Shown here piece by piece: positions 1 through 9,162 of a stretch of 44,315 nucleotides of DNA. The stretch comes from an uncultured Candidatus Sericytochromatia bacterium (GTDB taxonomy: Bacteria > Cyanobacteriota > Sericytochromatia > UBA7694): NCBI GenBank assembly GCA_964598905.1, contig CAZRFI010000004.1, positions 1-44,315 on the forward strand, given 5' to 3'. The first letter of the stretch is position 1; each line of letters opens with the position of its first letter. The notes below the pieces were generated by a model, which saw nothing but the letters and a program-made list of their open reading frames with translations, had not been told where the DNA came from and ran no database searches. Position numbers and translations under genes: made by a program.

Positions 1-118
1 TGGGGCCCGATTCAGAATACCGCTGGCTGATTGATTGGCGCGATCGGCGTTTGGCAGAGATACACTCGTCTGTTGCCGCTGAATCACACAGCCATGATTA
101 AATTGTCAAAATTGAGGT

Positions 119-3100
119 CTATTGCTGCTCGCTCTCGGGATCAAACTTAAAGAAGACGACCTTTTTCAGGAGTTCGGGGGTGTTCAGTACGGTCAGCAAT
201 TCGGCGGTGGTGTAGCCATTGGGGTAGAGGCTCTCTTTGCCCGTCAGGCCAAAATAAATCACCTCTGAATCGCGCAACATGGCCATTTCATCGAGCATCA
301 CAGGCGCGATATCGGTCTGTTTGACGGTGCTGGGCTGGTCTGAAAAAATGGCCTTTTGGCCGACATTGGCGGCGCTCATCTGATCGGCCAGATCGCGGGC
401 CACCCCTGTGACCTGATTGGGGGCCAGGCGCACCTCGCCCGTGGCAGGATCGCTGGCCATGCCGCGCAGGGTCAAATTGAGCTGGGCAGCTATTTGCGGC
501 AAATCTGGGCTGTCGCTGGGCGGGCGTTGCCCCACCGCACCTGCTTTTTCCTGGCCCCAAGCGTTGACATTGGGCAATTGACCGGGCAACTCATGGCTAT
601 CTGGGGTAAAGGCAAAATCGGCGCTGTTGAGGTCTTCGCCGTGTTTTTCCAATTGTTTGCCATCGGCATAACTTTTGCCATAGGTCTGAAAGAGCACGGC
701 TTTTTCCCGCGGGCCGGTCCAGGCCGCTTTGTCGCGGGCCAGCAATTCTGAGAGGGTCGGCAGGCCTTCGTAGAGCGGTTGCCCCTGGCTCAGGGATTGC
801 AATTGGGCCTGTACCCGCTCGGCCGAGGCCAGGTATTCGGGCTGCAAGGCTTGCATCAATGCGGGCTGAGCGACAGCCAACTGTTCGCGGATGCGGTAAA
901 GGGGATCCAGGGTGGGGTAAAGATGGGTTCCCTGTTCCTGCAAGGCCTGTGCAGTGGCCTGGGCTTGAACAGGGGGCAGACCTGCTTGCTGGAGTTTGCT
1001 TTGCAACCAGCTCTGCAGGCCCGCTTGGGCTGCTGCGGCGACAGGGCTCTGGCGCAAGATCTCAGCCAAAAGGGCGGGACCTGCTGTTTGTACCACTTTC
1101 TGCTGAGCTGGGTCTGACAGGCTTTGCACGACTTTTCCCAAAGCCTTTGCTTCTGCTTGGGCACTGGCTTCAAACCGGGCCTGCAGAGGGGCTGGGAATT
1201 GGTCCAGGGGCGTGGGGGCTTTGGCGGTCAGGGGGTAGGTTTTTGCCTGAGGTGCTTGCGCAGCGGTGATTGTGATCGGCTGTCCGGCAGGGGGGGCATC
1301 GACCACAGCCACACGGGGAACCCGTGTTGAATCCGGGGCTGATGCCGGTGTTGCCTTGGCAGGCTGGCCTGCCGCTTTGGCTTGGGCAGCCAGCAACTCG
1401 GGCGAGCCCGTCGGCAAGGTGCGGGGCTCGGCATCATCGCTGTGAATCAAGCCCGCTGAGCCTGTGGGCAGGGTGGCTGGCCCAGTGGCATCGTCGCTTT
1501 GAGCGGCGGCTGGAGCCTTGCCTTGAGGCTGGGTGAGCGGTCCCACCGAGGGAGGGAGTGCATCTGGGACAACGGGTGGTACTTTGCCCTGGGGCTGAGT
1601 TACTGGCGGCACCGAGGGCGGACCTGCGTCTGGGGCCTGCGCCAAAGCGGCAGGGGGAGCGCTGGGGGGCGACGTCGGCTGGGCTGGCGGCTTGGGTGCA
1701 GAGGCCGAGGGTTGTGAACCAGAAGGCGGCTGTGGGCCTGAACTTGGCGCAGGTGGAACCGGGCTGTTTCCAGGCACGGGGCTGGCCAGGTGGCGGCCCG
1801 TGCTGTCGAGCACGGTCATGCGCAAGACGTCCAGATAAGAGCCCATGGCTTTTTCGGCCCCTTCGACTGAGCCAAAGTGTTTGGCCCAGATCTTGAGCGC
1901 CTGATCGGGGGTCTGGGCATTGCGGCGGGCCTCGTCAATGGCTCCTTCCATGCGGCTGATCGGGATCTCTTTGGGCACATCCTGGGGAATCTCATAACCT
2001 GGATCTTTTTGTTTGCGCTCCTGGTGCAATTGGTATTCGGGATTGGGCATTTTCTCGACCAACGAAACCCCTTGGCCCAGGGCCGCATTGGTAAAGAGCA
2101 GATCGCGTAAATCGTATTTGCCCGCTTTCCAGGCACGTGAGGCCAAGTCTTTGACCCCTTCCATCTCGACAGCCCAGTGCAGAATATACTGGTCGTGGCT
2201 GATACGCCCCGAGCGCGCGGCCAGGGGATTGCTGGCAAAAGAGTCGATCACGCCCTGCTGGGCTGCTTTGTTACTGGAGCCCCAGAGCACAGCAGCATTG
2301 CCCGCATAGGCTTCCGGTGAACGCGAACGCATGACCTGTTGCAGGCGATCATATTCGACGCGGGCCCAGGCCCCTTCGGAACTGTCCGCTTGCAATAATT
2401 GGTGATTTTTCTCTAAAAAACGGCTCACTTCATCTTCACTTTGTTTGCGTACCGCTGTCCGGGCCATCTCTTCCAGCACCTCGGGCCGTTTGCCCATGTG
2501 TTCAGGATCGGCTTTGAGCTGGGCATACGCGCTATCGACCTGTTCGTGGTAATTTTTCCACTGGCTGTCGGCCCACTCAAAACCGCGTTTGAGTTCAGCC
2601 ACTTCACCGCCTTTTGAGCCGGGTTTGGCATCGCGGGCAGCCGCAGCGGCCAAGGCCTCTTTTTGAAAGCCCCGCCAGGCCATTTCATGATCGGGGCCAA
2701 AGCCCTGGCGAATCTGGTAAAAGTCCATGTTTTTGCCATTGAAGGCCTGGGCTTCGCGTGCTTTTTCTGGCACTTGGCTGGCTTTGCTGGGCCCGGCCAG
2801 ATCGACATCGAGGAAATGGGCCGAGGTGTAGATATTCACATCGAGCAAATGCCCCGAGGCGGGGGTGATGTTGGCCAGATTGCCCAAGGCAAAGGCCAGC
2901 AATTGCATTTCGGCTTGGGCCCGTGCGGGCTCGCTCATGACTGTGGGTTGAACAATTTTGATCACCAAATCCACGTCGGCATAGACGCCCGTATAACCGG
3001 CATCTTTGGGACCACGTCCAACGTAAGGTGGGGCCAATTCTAAGCCCAGTTCTTTGGCCTTGGCCTGAACCTGATCCCAGCAGGTTTCCACTTGCCGATC

Positions 3101-6100
3101 GCGGGCCTGGTGCAATTTGCCAAAGATCTCCGGGGGCAGGAACTGGGCCAATTTGCGCACATTGTCCCAGCCGCCCACAGCTTCGTAAAATTGCATCACC
3201 ACCGCGTCCTGGGCGGGGGTGGCCGTGTCGCCCGTGGCGCTTTGTAAGTGGCTCTGCAAAAAGCCCCGGAGCTGGTTTAAATCTGTGAGCTTTTGGCCTG
3301 CCAACTCCAGATGGGGCAAATGCAGCGCCTCTTCGAGGGAGGCGTTCATGCTGCGGGTGCGGGGCAGGCTGTCTGTGCCCTGGAAGCGCTTGCCGTAGTC
3401 AATACCATCCAAGACCAGTCGGGCGGCCATGACTGTTGCCTCTTTGGCGGGAATACCCAGCCCTTCCAATTGTTTTTGGGTCTCTCCCAACCACTGTTTG
3501 CGCGTGTCGGCATCGGCTTCGGGGTGTTTGCCTGCTTTGCCCAAGACCTCATGTAAAAGGGCCTTGACTTTGCCAGATTGCTCTGGCGGTGCAGCGCTCT
3601 GCCAGGCCGATTCCAGTTGGCCCAACATGCGGTCGTGGGCCAACTGGCCAGCCTGTTCCTCGTGCAGGCCAAAACCTTTTAAGATCTGCAAATGGGCGTC
3701 GTGTTGGGCGATGGGATTGTCGCTGGGAACTTCACCCTTGAGCTGTCTTTGTTGCAGCAGGTGTTCGCCCCAGGCAGGCAGCAAGCTGCTGACGAGCTTT
3801 TGAGTCAATATTTGAGCCTCTGCTGGCGAGAGCTTTTGCGTTTGCAGGTATTTTTCGACACGCAGGCTGAGCTGGGTTTGCAAAGCGCCTTCGGGTGCAT
3901 CGTGCAACAATTCCATCGCAATTTTTTGCACCGCTTGGCCGTGGCTGCCGAGTTCTTTGGGCAGGGCCGAGGCGCTGTGTACAAAAGCGGGGGAGAGGGC
4001 ATCCAAGGCCTTGAGTTGTTCCTGGATCTTGATAAATTGGGCCTGGCCTTCGGCTTTGTTGGTCAGCAGCAGCGGTGCTGTATCGATTGCCAATTGCCGC
4101 AATTGGTGTTGCACCAAAAGCATGGCGTGGGCGGGGGAATCGACGGCCCCCAGATCGAGCAGGCGCTGGGCCTCTTTCTGGGCCAATTCAGGCAGGTTTT
4201 GCAAGTCGCCGTCCACATGCAGGGGCGATTTTTGGATCAATTGCCCCGCCACTTGGCCCCGAGCCATTTTGAGTGCCTCAGCAGCATCTTGGGCCAGCCC
4301 CTGTTTTTGCAGCATGGAGGCCAAGTCCTGGGTTTTGACTGCCACTTCAGCGGCGGTGCTGAATTCGGGATGCAAACTTGCCACGCCGCTGATCTGGGTC
4401 GCGGTTTGCACTTGGTAAGGATGCAAAAAGTCTTTCAGGCTGGCCTCAACCCGTGCTTGGGCTTCGGGAGGGAGTTTGTCAAAGGCCACAGCCGATTTAA
4501 CGCTTTTTTCGAGCGCGCTCTGATGCCCAGGGGTGCTGAGATCTTTGTTGTTGAGCAGACCCTCTTGAAAGCTGTGCACCTCTTTGACAATCTGCTCTTG
4601 GATTTTGGGATCGAGTTCGAGCCCGGCTTTCTCGGCAAGATCCTGGGTCAAGGCAAGGCCCTCGGATTGTCCCTTGAGTTTGGCATCGCTGTGCATTTTG
4701 GCCATACCGTGGGCAGTCTGGGCCCCCATCAAGAAATAATGGGTCAAATCCTGGGCATCTTTGAGGCCCTGGGGATCGTTTTTGAAATAAGCGGGCAGGG
4801 CCATTTGCGTGACCATGGTTTCAAACACCGTCCAGGTGCTGTTTTGCAAGCTCTCCAACCCCTTGATATCCCCCAAATTGGAGACGGCAAAACGGGAGGT
4901 GGTGTCTACCGCCCATTGCAGCCAGCCGTCGGCATCGCCGTACTGTTTGGCCAGTTCTGAGGCCGCTTTGGGCAATTCTTCCATGACAATATTGCGGGTC
5001 AAGCTGCGACTGGCCCGAAAGCCATAGCCCAGCAGAGGGCTCACACCCATCGCGGCAGAGTCGGCGCGGGCCAAGACATAGCTGAATTTTTGATTGCCCC
5101 GGCTGACCCAATGGCCTGCCGTCAGAATTGCCCGTCCAGCGCGGTTGCCTTCCAGGGCGGTGCGTCCGGCCCGCACCATAGACAGGGCTTGGCGAGCGGC
5201 GCTGATACCCGTGACCGAGCCTTTGGCCAAGGTCAAGGCTGTCGACATGCCCATGGTGGCGACAAACATCAGGGCTTCATCGGTGATGGCCGCCATAACG
5301 GCAATTTTAGGGTCGTTCCAATAGGCCTCGTCGCGCTGAAGTTTCGCAGCGCTGCGGGCAGCAATGCGCTCAGCGGCTGGGCCCCCTTGGGCCTTAAGCC
5401 CACTGCTGTACTGATTCAACTTTTCCAGCGTTTTGGCAGCGCTGCGGCCCTGATCATAATCCGAGCCAGGGGCATTGGCGCGTTTCATGGTTTGGGTCGA
5501 ATCAGCCACAGCCAAGGCTTGAGTCGCTTGTTTGCTGGCACTTGCATTCAATCCATCCGAGCCACCGATGCTGTAGCCAAAGACCCCTTCCAGGGCCTCT
5601 TGTTTTTCGCCTGCTGGGGCAGTGGAGCGCAGAATGGCCCGGTATTGCTCCTGTTGGGGCGCGGGCAATTGGCTGTAGGCACTTTCAGCGGCTTCAGCTT
5701 TTTGAATCTCTTTGGCCACGGCCTCGGCCAGCAGTTTTTTTGCTCCGGCAATATCCCCATCGCGGGCCATGCTGCGGGCAATGCGAGCCGCGGTGCCCAC
5801 TGCCAGTCCACCGCGCTCGACAGCCAGATTGTACCCGCTTTCGATATCATCTGTGACACGGTTTTGCAATTCCTCAAGTGCCAATTCCAATTCGGCTTTG
5901 TGGTGTTTAAACAGCTCAATCGGGTTGCTCTGGCGGCGCAATTCTTGCCAGGCTGAGCGCGATTCATCGGCTTGATTGCCGGTTTCCACCACTTTTTCGA
6001 CAGCGGCAGCCAGGGCTGCTGTGGCTGAGGCGGCTGAGGCATGGGGGTTGAGCACATAGGCCTGGTAAATGCTGATGGCCTCTTTACGCACCAGTGCCAG

Positions 6101-8806
6101 GGCGCTCGCTTTGTCTTTTTCGGGCAGGCTATTGGCCACCTTGAGGGCTGCCAGGAGACTATCGGCACTGGCGCCAGGGGTGTGTTGGGGCAGGGTCGCA
6201 GCGGCACTGAGATAGGTGGCCACTGCCTGTTTTTTCAGGCTGTCTGAGTGGGGGTTTTGGGCCAAAAGGGCAGCCATGGCTGTGACGTTTTCGGCCTGTT
6301 GGGCCTGCAAAGTGCGGATATTGGCCACAGGCCCGGCTGTCAGCGCATCGAGGCGGGCATTGTTGACCCATTCAGGGCCACCGGGCATTCCCAGCGGACT
6401 GGCTTCATAAGCTGCGACTTTGTCTTTGAGCTCTTTTTGGCGGGCCAGGAGTTTGTCCCTTTCTGGGCCGGGGGGCAGCTCTTTGAGTTGGGCTGGAATG
6501 CCACTTAATTCGGATTTTTGCTCGCCATAATGGCGCTCAGCATCGCTGTTGATGCTGCTTTCAAGCTGGGCCTGGCCTTGGCTGCGATCCAATTCGCGCT
6601 GCTGCAATTGGGCCCGGCTCTGTAAAAAGCTGCCGTTTTCGGCGCCCCAGGCGCCTTTGTCGTGCATCACCGCCCCAAGTAAACTGTGGCGCGACACGGC
6701 GGCTGCTTCCTCGCTGCGGGCCAGACTCTGTGCTGGGTTTGGTCCAGGTGGCAGGCCCAACGCTTCGGCCAGGGCTTTGGCGCGCAGCACCGCAAAATTG
6801 CTGCCGGGGGTGACATTGCCCGCCTGGGATAGGGCTTCGCCGTCGCGCATCTCCTGCATGGCCGCGGCGAGGTCTTTTTGGGCGTCGGCCAATTTTTGGT
6901 TCTGACCCGGTGTTTTGGCGTCGGCGTATTTGGCAATGGTCGCTTCAGCGGCAGAGATGCGCTGGAGCAGGTCCATGCGGCCAAATTGTTGGTAGTGTGA
7001 ATTGCCCTGGCGGCTTTTGGCTTCTGCCAGCGCAGCCTCTTGGCCGTCTTGGCCATATTTGGCCGCTTCCATATGCAAATCCCGCGAGGCTTTGCTGGCT
7101 TTTTCAACTTTGGCTTGCTGAGCTGGGCTGCCGCCGCCAATGCGATTGTTGAGCTGAATATCTGCGGCATAGGTGGCCTGGAGCTGGGCCACGTTTTTGC
7201 CATATTGGCTTAAGAGCTTCACTTCTGCCGGTGCCGTTGGGCTGCCGAGGGGATCTGGGCGCAGAATTTCGTGTTGCTCGGCTTCGAGGCCCTCCAATTC
7301 GGCTTCGAGGGCGGCCCGGCGGGCATCATGCTCGGGCAGGCTCATGCTTGGCTTGGGCAGGCCTTTGAGTTCACTCTGCAATTTGGCGATGCGATCCGCC
7401 AGGTGTTTTTGCTGATCCACGCTGTCCATCACGGGTTTGAGTAGGTCGCGGGTACTTTGCAGTACCTCTTGGCGCTGGTCTATCACACTTTGGTTGGCTT
7501 GCCACTCGGGCAGCATTTTTTCGGCCTCAGCCACGAGCTGTTGGGCGCTGTCGATCATACCCTCGGGCAGGGCCTCAGCGGTCAGGGCTCCCCCTTGCAG
7601 AGCCACGGCCTGTTTGCCACTTTGGGCTTCCACACTGGCTGCATCGAGGATGGCGTGGGCCGCTTTTTCACGCATCCCCAGAGGCGCATCGGCACCGCCA
7701 TTGACTTCGACCCGGTAAACCCGCACCTCTTTCATGGCGATAGCGGTTTGCTGAGCGGTGGCCATGGCCTTTTCACTCTTGGTCTTTTGGCTGGTGGCCT
7801 GGCTGCGCAGGCTGTCTAACTGTTTTTGCTCAGCGGGGGTCAGGCTGGGTTTGGCTTTGAGGGCCTGCATGGCCTGATCGGTGGTCTGCCACTCGCCCAG
7901 GGCTTTTTCTGCCACTTTGCGGGTATCGCGCACAGCGCCCGCATTGTGTTTTTCCCATTTTTGGCTGGCAGCGCCTTTGAGTTCATCCAGTGTCAAATTG
8001 GCGGTTTTGACCTGTTCTGGGTTCATCAGCCCGGCTTTTTGGCGCGCGGCGTTGACCGCTTTGCCAAAGCTGACGGCATAGAGCAAGGGCTGAAAGAGCG
8101 ATTGGTGTTGCTGGTCGAAATCCTGCAGCAATGAGCCCAAGCCGGCCGGGGGCGTGCCGGTCTCTTGCCATTTGGCCAGGCTTTCGGCGTTTAAACCGTA
8201 TTTTTCGCGCACGGCCGCTGGAATTTTTTGGTTGATCTCTTTTTCGAGAGTCTTGAGGGTAAAGGCCTCGGCTCCCCCCAGCTCCCTGAGCGGAGTCGAA
8301 GGGAGCGCTGTGGCAGCGGGATTGTCGCGGATTTGCAGCAAAACGCCTTGGGCCGAGCTTTGCAGGTCTTTTGCCACAGCTTGGTGGCCGGGGCTTTGCA
8401 GGGCCTGAAAATGGCGTTTGAGGGCATTGAGGAGCGTGGCTTTATCCAGACGCAAAGTGGGGATTTCGATCGCTTCTTGGCCAATCCGAATCAGCAGGGT
8501 GCTTTCGGGTTTGAGTTTTTCGACCTTGGCCACTTCTTTTAAAATTTGGCCACTGAGCTTGTCAAAATCCAGTTGATTGGCGTCGATGTTGGCGGATTCT
8601 AAGCTTTGGCCGCTGGAACTGAGCTGATCTTGGCTAAAGTCTTTGAGATCGAGTTCGATGGTCGGGGTTGCCTGAATAGCGGGCTGAGGGGGTTGGGCTG
8701 CACCTGCTGAGGGAGGCGCACTGGCTGTGTTTGGGGCATTAGGTCCGCTTGGAGGGGTTGTTAGGGGGAGCGCTTGTTGGGGGGAGTTGGGGAGTCCTTG
8801 TAACAT
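119..8806 (-). CDS. Giant (about 2,895 aa) low-complexity Q/A/L/P-rich protein. Possibly a secreted or effector-like multidomain protein. No whole-protein family recognised.
   Basis: Single uninterrupted 8.7-kb ORF (track 119..8824, which starts at a TTG). The first ATG is at 8806, with GAGGAA 6 nt upstream. Features: Pro-rich N-terminus; long Q/A/E-rich helical region; hydrophobic stretch ALMFVATMGMSTALTLA (about 5190-5310); G-x11-D-x-D motif (2969-3013); Pro-rich tract with internal repeats PPSVPPVTQPQGK/PPSVGPLTQPQGK (about 1200-1800). Confidence 0.8.
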   Translation of the reverse strand: MLQGLPNSPQQALPLTTPPSGPNAPNTASAPPSAGAAQPPQPAIQATPTIELDLKDFSQDQLSSSGQSLESANIDANQLDFDKLSGQILKEVAKVEKLKPESTLLIRIGQEAIEIPTLRLDKATLLNALKRHFQALQSPGHQAVAKDLQSSAQGVLLQIRDNPAATALPSTPLRELGGAEAFTLKTLEKEINQKIPAAVREKYGLNAESLAKWQETGTPPAGLGSLLQDFDQQHQSLFQPLLYAVSFGKAVNAARQKAGLMNPEQVKTANLTLDELKGAASQKWEKHNAGAVRDTRKVAEKALGEWQTTDQAMQALKAKPSLTPAEQKQLDSLRSQATSQKTKSEKAMATAQQTAIAMKEVRVYRVEVNGGADAPLGMREKAAHAILDAASVEAQSGKQAVALQGGALTAEALPEGMIDSAQQLVAEAEKMLPEWQANQSVIDQRQEVLQSTRDLLKPVMDSVDQQKHLADRIAKLQSELKGLPKPSMSLPEHDARRAALEAELEGLEAEQHEILRPDPLGSPTAPAEVKLLSQYGKNVAQLQATYAADIQLNNRIGGGSPAQQAKVEKASKASRDLHMEAAKYGQDGQEAALAEAKSRQGNSHYQQFGRMDLLQRISAAEATIAKYADAKTPGQNQKLADAQKDLAAAMQEMRDGEALSQAGNVTPGSNFAVLRAKALAEALGLPPGPNPAQSLARSEEAAAVSRHSLLGAVMHDKGAWGAENGSFLQSRAQLQQRELDRSQGQAQLESSINSDAERHYGEQKSELSGIPAQLKELPPGPERDKLLARQKELKDKVAAYEASPLGMPGGPEWVNNARLDALTAGPVANIRTLQAQQAENVTAMAALLAQNPHSDSLKKQAVATYLSAAATLPQHTPGASADSLLAALKVANSLPEKDKASALALVRKEAISIYQAYVLNPHASAASATAALAAAVEKVVETGNQADESRSAWQELRRQSNPIELFKHHKAELELALEELQNRVTDDIESGYNLAVERGGLAVGTAARIARSMARDGDIAGAKKLLAEAVAKEIQKAEAAESAYSQLPAPQQEQYRAILRSTAPAGEKQEALEGVFGYSIGGSDGLNASASKQATQALAVADSTQTMKRANAPGSDYDQGRSAAKTLEKLNQYSSGLKAQGGPAAERIAARSAAKLQRDEAYWNDPKIAVMAAITDEALMFVATMGMSTALTLAKGSVTGISAARQALSMVRAGRTALEGNRAGRAILTAGHWVSRGNQKFSYVLARADSAAMGVSPLLGYGFRASRSLTRNIVMEELPKAASELAKQYGDADGWLQWAVDTTSRFAVSNLGDIKGLESLQNSTWTVFETMVTQMALPAYFKNDPQGLKDAQDLTHYFLMGAQTAHGMAKMHSDAKLKGQSEGLALTQDLAEKAGLELDPKIQEQIVKEVHSFQEGLLNNKDLSTPGHQSALEKSVKSAVAFDKLPPEAQARVEASLKDFLHPYQVQTATQISGVASLHPEFSTAAEVAVKTQDLASMLQKQGLAQDAAEALKMARGQVAGQLIQKSPLHVDGDLQNLPELAQKEAQRLLDLGAVDSPAHAMLLVQHQLRQLAIDTAPLLLTNKAEGQAQFIKIQEQLKALDALSPAFVHSASALPKELGSHGQAVQKIAMELLHDAPEGALQTQLSLRVEKYLQTQKLSPAEAQILTQKLVSSLLPAWGEHLLQQRQLKGEVPSDNPIAQHDAHLQILKGFGLHEEQAGQLAHDRMLGQLESAWQSAAPPEQSGKVKALLHEVLGKAGKHPEADADTRKQWLGETQKQLEGLGIPAKEATVMAARLVLDGIDYGKRFQGTDSLPRTRSMNASLEEALHLPHLELAGQKLTDLNQLRGFLQSHLQSATGDTATPAQDAVVMQFYEAVGGWDNVRKLAQFLPPEIFGKLHQARDRQVETCWDQVQAKAKELGLELAPPYVGRGPKDAGYTGVYADVDLVIKIVQPTVMSEPARAQAEMQLLAFALGNLANITPASGHLLDVNIYTSAHFLDVDLAGPSKASQVPEKAREAQAFNGKNMDFYQIRQGFGPDHEMAWRGFQKEALAAAAARDAKPGSKGGEVAELKRGFEWADSQWKNYHEQVDSAYAQLKADPEHMGKRPEVLEEMARTAVRKQSEDEVSRFLEKNHQLLQADSSEGAWARVEYDRLQQVMRSRSPEAYAGNAAVLWGSSNKAAQQGVIDSFASNPLAARSGRISHDQYILHWAVEMEGVKDLASRAWKAGKYDLRDLLFTNAALGQGVSLVEKMPNPEYQLHQERKQKDPGYEIPQDVPKEIPISRMEGAIDEARRNAQTPDQALKIWAKHFGSVEGAEKAMGSYLDVLRMTVLDSTGRHLASPVPGNSPVPPAPSSGPQPPSGSQPSASAPKPPAQPTSPPSAPPAALAQAPDAGPPSVPPVTQPQGKVPPVVPDALPPSVGPLTQPQGKAPAAAQSDDATGPATLPTGSAGLIHSDDAEPRTLPTGSPELLAAQAKAAGQPAKATPASAPDSTRVPRVAVVDAPPAGQPITITAAQAPQAKTYPLTAKAPTPLDQFPAPLQARFEASAQAEAKALGKVVQSLSDPAQQKVVQTAGPALLAEILRQSPVAAAAQAGLQSWLQSKLQQAGLPPVQAQATAQALQEQGTHLYPTLDPLYRIREQLAVAQPALMQALQPEYLASAERVQAQLQSLSQGQPLYEGLPTLSELLARDKAAWTGPREKAVLFQTYGKSYADGKQLEKHGEDLNSADFAFTPDSHELPGQLPNVNAWGQEKAGAVGQRPPSDSPDLPQIAAQLNLTLRGMASDPATGEVRLAPNQVTGVARDLADQMSAANVGQKAIFSDQPSTVKQTDIAPVMLDEMAMLRDSEVIYFGLTGKESLYPNGYTTAELLTVLNTPELLKKVVFFKFDPESEQQ
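8270..8305 (+). repeat. Short dispersed element, copy A (GGCTCCCCCCA + GCTCCCTGAGCGGAGTCGAAGGGAG), inside the giant CDS
   Basis: Near-identical to 34599-34637 on the same strand (35 of 36 aligned nt, with a 3-nt gap). The 25-nt core also matches 44187-44211 with 2 mismatches. The core has CTCCC/GGGAG arms. Confidence 0.85.
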
Positions 8807-8840
8807 CTGTGTTTCCTCTAGCAATGGGTAATTGTGTTTT

Positions 8841-8859
8841 GGTTCAGGGAACCTGAACC
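8841..8859. other. Perfect 8-bp-arm palindrome GGTTCAGG-gaa-CCTGAACC in the leader of the giant gene
   Basis: Read directly. It lies 35-53 nt upstream of the ATG at 8806 on the coding (minus) strand. Function unknown (operator or 5' UTR hairpin). Confidence 0.4.
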
Positions 8860-9162
8860 ATCTTAATGTACCCAGTGACCTGGAATTGTAAACAAATGTT
8901 AAGGTGTTTGCGGTCGGATTGAGTATCGCCGCTATATTTAAATTTTGGCGCTTCGGTCTGAGACATAATAATGATCACACCCATCTGAATACAGCAAAGG
9001 GAATTTGCCTTGTTCTAGCTTTTTATTTAATACAGATGATTGTAGCAAAATCAGGGTGTTTGATTTTGAACCCACCGATTGATTTTAACTATCTGTATAA
9101 AACAAATATTTTATTGTCTAAAATATCTCTTTAAGAGAATGCCTTTTAAACTGGGCATTGCT

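Noticed and set aside
3692-4960. Long ORFs in the wrong frame or on the antisense strand inside the two giant genes. Examples: 3692..4960 (+) 422 aa, 5090..5956 (+), 5548..6207 (-), 35454..36245 (-), 35866..36618 (-), 36261..37166 (-), 37255..37962 (-).
   Set aside because: All lie entirely within the 8.7-kb or 7.1-kb ORFs. Their translations are low-complexity with skewed composition (G/L/F/Q- or S/A/R-rich), as expected for shadow frames of GC-rich repetitive coding DNA. None has a recognisable motif or RBS.
9079-9162. Upstream extension of the 425-aa ORF (MILTICIKQIFYCLKYLFKR...).
   Set aside because: The extension is AT-rich, hydrophobic junk lying in the promoter region. The repeated wHTH-like module begins right after the ATG at 9163. 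The ATG at 9139 remains an alternative.
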